Of a stretch of DNA of 32,000 nt, positions 27,058 to 32,000 are shown piece by piece (the first letter of the stretch is position 1; every line of letters begins with the position of its first letter). Source of the DNA: an uncultured Chryseobacterium sp. (GTDB lineage: Bacteria; Bacteroidota; Bacteroidia; UBA10329); assembly GCA_964500205.1 (NCBI GenBank), contig CAZCNS010000016.1:6665-38664 (forward strand), given 5' to 3'. The notes below the pieces were generated by a model. That model was not told the DNA's origin, did no database searches, and saw nothing but the letters and a program-made list of their open reading frames with translations. A program made the position numbers and the translations under genes.

Positions 27058-27251
27058 GCTGGGGTTCAATCGCGACCATGGCCATGGATGACGGAAGCAC
27101 CGAAACACCTCACCCCTCCCCAAAATCCCGTTAGGCCAGTCTGCCGACAGGCAGGGATGACATGACTGCAGAAACGGACGGTGGTGATGAATGCCGTTCC
27201 AACCCCGTTAGGGGCTCCCACCTCGGCAGGTTTTGTTGGGGAAACGGTGCT
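26965..27251 (+). repeat. Two imperfect ~43-45-nt direct repeats, 242 nt apart, in non-coding DNA
   Basis: The first copy at 26965-27007 is gtggggttcccatttcggaaggtcttgtgggacacacggtgct. The second at 27207-27251 is gttaggggctcccacctcggcaggttttgttggggaaacggtgct. They are about 80 percent identical by eye. Each has an internal tccca/tggg[ag] stem. The block cccgttagg also recurs at 27127 and 27204. Confidence 0.7.
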
Positions 27252-27270
27252 TTCCTTCAAATAGAATCTA

Positions 27271-28575
27271 TCAGTCACCAAAATATCGGAAAGCCCTTCG
27301 GAAACCACGATTTACAGCTTCCTCCACAGTAAATGCCCGAAAATCTCCCTTGCGGTCAATCTTGGTTCTATCATATTGCTGATCGAAAGGAAGATGGTAG
27401 ATTTTTGTTTCTAATCCATATTCATCTCGATTAACGTTACACTTGATTCTTGGAAAATCCAAAAAAGGATAATTTTCGAATGCCTTAACACCAAGACGTT
27501 CAGCGAACTTCTTTGCTGTCTCTGATAGGCCAATATTCGTAACAAACACAGGCTCAACCTTGATGTCCTCATTCAAGGACATCTCATACTCTATCGTGGT
27601 GCCATAGAGTTGAGCGATGTGTTTTTCGTGAATCAGCTTTTCCTGTGCCCAATACTTGCATTGGACTACCCAGTGGCAATCAGGTTTTCTGCCTATCAGA
27701 TCACGACCCAAGTCAGAGAGTTTTTGCTCTATTCCGATATACTCAACTTCCCAACCGTGCTTTTCCATCTGATACCCGCAGGACATCTCATAGTCGCGGC
27801 CAATTTGCCACTTGGTCTTGCGTCCTTGAACATATCTGTCCAATGCAAGCTGATTTCTTTCATTCTCACTCAGATTCTCATACTCTGATTTTGAGAGGAA
27901 AAATCGGGTTCTATCATAATCATCTTGAAACTCCTCTAAGGTCTTCTCATTCTCCAGTTCCTTCAAGCTCTCGAAGTCATCAACGTAGTTAGATAACTCG
28001 GGGAAAGTTTGAAGCAGGAACTCATACTTGTAGAGCATCTGTCTATATCGCTCAATGTGTCCTTTCGCGTCCTGTTTGAGCTCCATTATTCTTTTCGCCT
28101 CACCATGGGCAGGATGCGGTTTGGTTTTCAAATATGTCGCAGAGTAATTGTATTGAACAAGAAGAAAGTCTGCATACATCGAGGTGATTTTGCTTACCGA
28201 CTGGTTGTCCTTGCTTTTTACCGCCTCAAATAGCTCATTCTGCTTATTGATGATTTGAGTCAGTTCAAGGACTTCCTCTTCATGCTCTGGCTGTCGAGCA
28301 TCGAGAGCATCTCGCAGTTGCGCATTTTCCCGCTTCAACAGAGAAATCGTCTCACTTGTTGATCCCTCTACACTGGCTAATTCAACTCGTTGTCGTTCCA
28401 ATAGACGTGCTGCCTCTTTCTTGTACTGATTGAACTTCTTCTTGGCTGCCTCAAGATTGTACTCTAAACTTCTAATTCTGCCAAGTAACATATACTTCTG
28501 TCGGTGCAGATTTCTAATCCAAATGGCAAAAGCCAAAACCAGTAAGGCACCACCAATCAAAAGCAGATTTAACAT
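27271..28575 (-). CDS. Membrane-anchored coiled-coil protein with a C-terminal Mrr-like (PF04471-type) restriction endonuclease domain and a K-C-N-x...IYH-x-P terminal motif
   Basis: An N-terminal transmembrane helix is MLNLLLIGGALLVLAFAIWI. Residues ~30-250 are helical, heptad-rich sequence. Residues ~255-367 (nt 27475-27813) read GWEVEYIG...LGRDLIGRK...WVVQCKYW...HIAQLYG, matching the Mrr_cat D...QxK core. Residues 377-430 read IKCNVNRDEYGLETKIYHLPFDQQYDRTKI..GDFRAFTVEEAVNRGFRRA. Hand counts give about 30-45 percent GC per 60-nt line, against about 60 percent in flanking genes. Confidence 0.75.
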   Translation of the reverse strand: MLNLLLIGGALLVLAFAIWIRNLHRQKYMLLGRIRSLEYNLEAAKKKFNQYKKEAARLLERQRVELASVEGSTSETISLLKRENAQLRDALDARQPEHEEEVLELTQIINKQNELFEAVKSKDNQSVSKITSMYADFLLVQYNYSATYLKTKPHPAHGEAKRIMELKQDAKGHIERYRQMLYKYEFLLQTFPELSNYVDDFESLKELENEKTLEEFQDDYDRTRFFLSKSEYENLSENERNQLALDRYVQGRKTKWQIGRDYEMSCGYQMEKHGWEVEYIGIEQKLSDLGRDLIGRKPDCHWVVQCKYWAQEKLIHEKHIAQLYGTTIEYEMSLNEDIKVEPVFVTNIGLSETAKKFAERLGVKAFENYPFLDFPRIKCNVNRDEYGLETKIYHLPFDQQYDRTKIDRKGDFRAFTVEEAVNRGFRRAFRYFGD

Positions 28576-28588
28576 CTCAAGCTACTTT

Positions 28589-31500
28589 TCACTTCAACCC
28601 CACCTTGTACCCCATCTGCTCCTGAATGCCGTAGATCAGTTCCTGATTGGGTTTGACGGTGACGGAACGTGAGCGCAGGATGACGCGGTCGCCCTCTTGA
28701 TCGGTGATGCGGAACGCCACCTTGCACGGCCCGGGGTGCGCGCTGAACAGCGTCTCCAACTCGGCCACCTGCTGTGGCAGCACGTCCGACAACGGCAGGT
28801 CTATCGTGATGCCCTGCACCTTCTTGTCCATCAGCGAGGGGAGCAGTTCTATGCTCACGATCTTCAGTTCCTTCTCGGGCGGGCGGGCATCGTCCTTGCC
28901 GCGCCAGCGCTCCTTCCACATGGCGCGCACGTAGAGGAAGAACCCATCGCTGAAGAACTCGCGCCATTTGGTGTAATCCTCTCCGAAGAGGCGGATCTCC
29001 AACGTGCCCTCGTGGTCCTCCAGCTCGAAGATGCCGAAGGGGTTACCGTTCTTGCTCATGCGGTGCTGCACGCCCGTGACGATGCCCGCGAACTTCCACT
29101 CCTGGGAAATGGCCTGCGCTTCGGGGGTCTGCACGTGGAGGAGGTTGGAGTTGCACCAGGTCTTGATGGCCAGTTTGTGCTCGTCCAGCGGATGGCCGCT
29201 GATGTAAACGCCCACCACCTCACGCTCGGCCTTCAGGGCCTGGATGTTGCCCCACGGCTCACAGACGGGCGCGGTGGGTTCGGCCAACTGCACGGATGAC
29301 TCGTCACCGAAGAGCGACACCTGTGCCGAGTTGATGCTCTCTTGATGGCTCTGCCCGAACTTGATGGCCTTCTCAATGAATGTGGATGTGCCATCGTTGT
29401 GGAAATACATTGCGCGGTGGCTGCCCGCGAACGAGTCGAACGCGCCCGCTACTGCAAGGCTTTCCAGCGCCTTCTTGTTGGCCGCCCGCAGGTCGATGCG
29501 CTTGCTGAGGTCGAAGATGCTGATGTAGGGGCCGTTGGCCTCACGCTCGTTGACGATGGCCTCCACCGCGCCCTCGCCCACGCCCTTCACCGCACCGAGG
29601 CCGAAACGCACCTCGCCCTTGGCATTCACCGCGAACTTGTAGCGGCTCTCGTTGATGTCTGGGCCGAGCACGGGAACGCCCATCCTGCGGCATTCGTCCA
29701 TGAAGAACGTGACCTTCTTCAGGTCGTTCATGTTGTGCGTGAGCACCGAGGCCATGTATTCCGCAGGGTAGTTCGCCTTGAGGTAGCCTGTGTGGTAGGC
29801 CACCACGCTGTAGCACGTGCTGTGGCTCTTGTTGAAGGCGTACTGCGCAAACGCCTCCCAGTCGGTCCAGATCTTCTCCAGCTTGTCCTGCGGATGGCCC
29901 TTTGCCATGGCCCGCTCGATGAACATCGGCTTCATCTTGTCCAGCTTTTCGCGGATCTTCTTGCCCATCGCCTTACGGAGGTCATCCGCCTCGCCCTTGG
30001 TGAAATCGGCCAGCTTCTGCGACAGCAGCATCACCTGCTCCTGATAGACCGTGATGCCGTAGGTCTCGGACAGGTACTCCTCCAGTTCGGGCAGGTCGTA
30101 GCTGATGGGCTCGCGGCCATGCTTCCGTGCGATGAAGTTGGGGATGTATTCCAACGGGCCGGGGCGGTAAAGCGCGTTCATGGCGATGAGATCCTCGAAC
30201 GCATCTGGCATCAGGTTGCGCAGGTGCTTCTGCATGCCTGCCGACTCGAACTGGAACGTGCCGTTGGTCATGCCCTTCTGATAGAGCTCGTAGGTCTTGG
30301 CATCGTCCAGCGGAATGGTGTCGGGGTCGATGTCGATGCCGTGCCGCTGCTTTACGAGGATGATAGCATCCTTGATGATGGAAAGCGTTTTCAGCCCGAG
30401 GAAGTCCATTTTGAGCAGGCCCGCGCTCTCCACCACGCTATTGTCGAACTGCGTTAGGGCAAGGTCGGAGTCCTTGGCGGTGGTCACGGGCACGTGCTGC
30501 GTGATGTCGCTGGGCGTGATAATGACCCCGCAGGCATGGACGCCTGTGTTGCGCAGCGAACCCTCCAGCACGCGCGCCTGCTGAATGACCTGCGCCATCG
30601 GGTCGTTGCCCTCGGCCAGCTTTTTCAGCTCATTCACCATCTGCAACTTATCCCCGTCCCCGTTCAGCTTCTCCTTAAGCTTTTTCTCTTCGAAAGAGAA
30701 GATCTGCGCCAGCGAAATGAAATCGGGGATGAGCTTCGCGATGCGGTCGGCATCGGGCAGCGGGAGGTTCATCACACGGGCCGTGTCGCGGATGGCCGAT
30801 TTGGCCGCCATGCTGCCGTAGGTGATGATCTGCGCCACCTGATTCTTGCCGTACTTGTTCACCACCCATTCTATGACCTTGCCGCGTCCCTCATCATCAA
30901 AATCGATGTCGATATCGGGAAGCGACACGCGGCTGGGGTTCAGGAATCTCTCGAACAGCAGATCGTACTTGATGGGGTCCACATTGGTGATACCGATACA
31001 ATAAGCCACCACGGATCCCGCTGCCGAACCACGCCCCGGCCCCACGCTCACGCCCATTTTCCGCGCCTCATCGCAGAAATCCTGCACAATGAGGAAATAG
31101 CCAGGATAGCCCGTGAAGTCAATGGTCTTCAGCTCGAAATCGAGGCGTTCCTTTATCTCTTCCGTTATCTCCCCGTACCGCTTTTTCGCCCCTTCGTAGG
31201 TCAGGTGTGTGAGGTAAGCCATCTCGCCCCGTTTGCCGCCATCATTGGCGTCCTCTGGGTCTATGAACTCCTGCGGGATGTCGAAGCGTGGCAGCAGCAC
31301 GTCCTGTTTCAGCTTGAAGTTCTCCACCTTGCCCAGTATCTCGGTGATGGTGGCGAACGCCTCGGGCACCTCCGCGAAGAGCGCCTTCATCTCCTTCTGA
31401 TTCTTGAAGAAGAACTGGTCGTTGGGGAACTGACGGTCGATGTATTCCAGCCCCCGCGATGGCTCGTTGATGCGCACGCCCTCCTTCACGCACTGGAGGA

Positions 31501-32000
31501 TCTTCTGTGCCTGCGCATCGCCCTGCTTCATGTAATAGACATTGTTCGCAGGGAAATACTTGACCCCGTGCCGCTTCGCGAAACCGATGAGCACCTGATT
31601 CAGCTTGCGCTCTTCGGGCAGGCCGTGGTCGATGAGTTCCACGTAGAAATCGTCCCCGAACTGCTCCTTCCACCAGAGGAACGCCTCCTCGGCCTGTTTC
31701 TCGCCCACGTTCAGGATGAGGTTCGGCACCTCGCCCCCCAGCCCGCCCGTGGTGGCGATCAGACCTTCCTTGTATTGCAACAGCACCTCGCGGTCGATGC
31801 GCGGCACGTAATAAAATCCCTCGCTGAACGAGATGGAACTCAGCTTCGCGAGGTTGTGGTACGCGGCCTTGTCCTTGGTCAGGAGCACGGTCTGATGGCC
31901 GTTGTTCTGACGGCTGCGGTCGTGGCGGTCGTCCGTCAGGTAGAACTCGCAGCCCACCACGCCCTTGAACTCCTCGCGCGGCACCCCGATGGCCTCCCCC
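28589..32000 (-). CDS. dnaE: DNA polymerase III alpha subunit, N-terminus beyond the window edge
   Basis: The frame is open to the window end. It shows the end of the PHP domain (GCEFYL), the Pol III alpha core (GYPGYFLIVQDF, GPGRGSAAGS, LPDIDIDFD, GLLKMDFLGLK), HhH and OB regions. Confidence 0.93.
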   Translation of the reverse strand, partial: GEAIGVPREEFKGVVGCEFYLTDDRHDRSRQNNGHQTVLLTKDKAAYHNLAKLSSISFSEGFYYVPRIDREVLLQYKEGLIATTGGLGGEVPNLILNVGEKQAEEAFLWWKEQFGDDFYVELIDHGLPEERKLNQVLIGFAKRHGVKYFPANNVYYMKQGDAQAQKILQCVKEGVRINEPSRGLEYIDRQFPNDQFFFKNQKEMKALFAEVPEAFATITEILGKVENFKLKQDVLLPRFDIPQEFIDPEDANDGGKRGEMAYLTHLTYEGAKKRYGEITEEIKERLDFELKTIDFTGYPGYFLIVQDFCDEARKMGVSVGPGRGSAAGSVVAYCIGITNVDPIKYDLLFERFLNPSRVSLPDIDIDFDDEGRGKVIEWVVNKYGKNQVAQIITYGSMAAKSAIRDTARVMNLPLPDADRIAKLIPDFISLAQIFSFEEKKLKEKLNGDGDKLQMVNELKKLAEGNDPMAQVIQQARVLEGSLRNTGVHACGVIITPSDITQHVPVTTAKDSDLALTQFDNSVVESAGLLKMDFLGLKTLSIIKDAIILVKQRHGIDIDPDTIPLDDAKTYELYQKGMTNGTFQFESAGMQKHLRNLMPDAFEDLIAMNALYRPGPLEYIPNFIARKHGREPISYDLPELEEYLSETYGITVYQEQVMLLSQKLADFTKGEADDLRKAMGKKIREKLDKMKPMFIERAMAKGHPQDKLEKIWTDWEAFAQYAFNKSHSTCYSVVAYHTGYLKANYPAEYMASVLTHNMNDLKKVTFFMDECRRMGVPVLGPDINESRYKFAVNAKGEVRFGLGAVKGVGEGAVEAIVNEREANGPYISIFDLSKRIDLRAANKKALESLAVAGAFDSFAGSHRAMYFHNDGTSTFIEKAIKFGQSHQESINSAQVSLFGDESSVQLAEPTAPVCEPWGNIQALKAEREVVGVYISGHPLDEHKLAIKTWCNSNLLHVQTPEAQAISQEWKFAGIVTGVQHRMSKNGNPFGIFELEDHEGTLEIRLFGEDYTKWREFFSDGFFLYVRAMWKERWRGKDDARPPEKELKIVSIELLPSLMDKKVQGITIDLPLSDVLPQQVAELETLFSAHPGPCKVAFRITDQEGDRVILRSRSVTVKPNQELIYGIQEQMGYKVGLK

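Noticed and set aside
27060-27075. A tRNA T-loop-like string, ggggttcaatcgcgacc.
   Set aside because: The flanking bases do not form a T-stem, and no acceptor, D or anticodon arms can be drawn around it.
27238-27251. GGGGAAACGGTGCT, and the related GGGACACACGGTGCT at 26993-27007, resemble the GGGAA..GGTG core of cobalamin riboswitches.
   Set aside because: I could not find a B12-box (GCCACTG-like) or the other conserved stems. The motif is on the plus strand, where no gene follows, because both flanking genes are on the minus strand.
27254-28597. Possible target-site duplication (cttcaa at 27254-27259 and at 28592-28597) flanking the low-GC gene.
   Set aside because: Six nucleotides is too short to be meaningful, the second copy lies inside the dnaE coding sequence, and no integrase or transposase is present.

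Overview
The window is a chromosomal segment of a moderately high-GC, Bacteroidota-type genome. Five proteins here carry T9SS C-terminal sorting domains, counting the frameshift-split gene at 920-2615 once. TAnnTTTG-type -7 promoter boxes sit 16-37 nt upstream of several start codons. Most of the window is housekeeping: ispG (long form), purQ, rnhA, sucA and sucB, rfbA, a polyprenyl synthase, an SDR epimerase, an MMPL/RND-like exporter, an M16 peptidase, a CBS-pair protein, a NarL-type response regulator and a 5'-truncated dnaE. No rRNA, tRNA, CRISPR array or transposase was seen. The parts that look accessory or unusual are: (1) A sharply low-GC single-gene island at 27271-28575, directly downstream of dnaE, encodes a membrane-anchored coiled-coil protein with a C-terminal Mrr-like PD-(D/E)XK nuclease domain and an extra conserved C-terminal motif. 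This is my best candidate for an undescribed defence or abortive-infection type function. (2) A 380-bp structured non-coding region with internal repeats lies next to that island. (3) A GxxExxY (PD-(D/E)XK-like) mini-gene splits the normally contiguous sucA-sucB pair. It is bracketed by about 70-nt repeat units, made of CAC[AG]AAG heptamers, that form long perfect-stem hairpins. (4) A DUF4143 ATPase-nuclease gene is translationally coupled to the M16 peptidase gene, preceded by three 16-nt boxes on an exact 32-bp period, with a Uma2 nuclease gene nearby. (5) A T9SS cargo gene is split by a frameshift, and 70 nt of its sorting domain are nearly identical to the neighbouring cargo gene. All functional calls rest on motif recognition by eye in the supplied translations. 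No database search was run.
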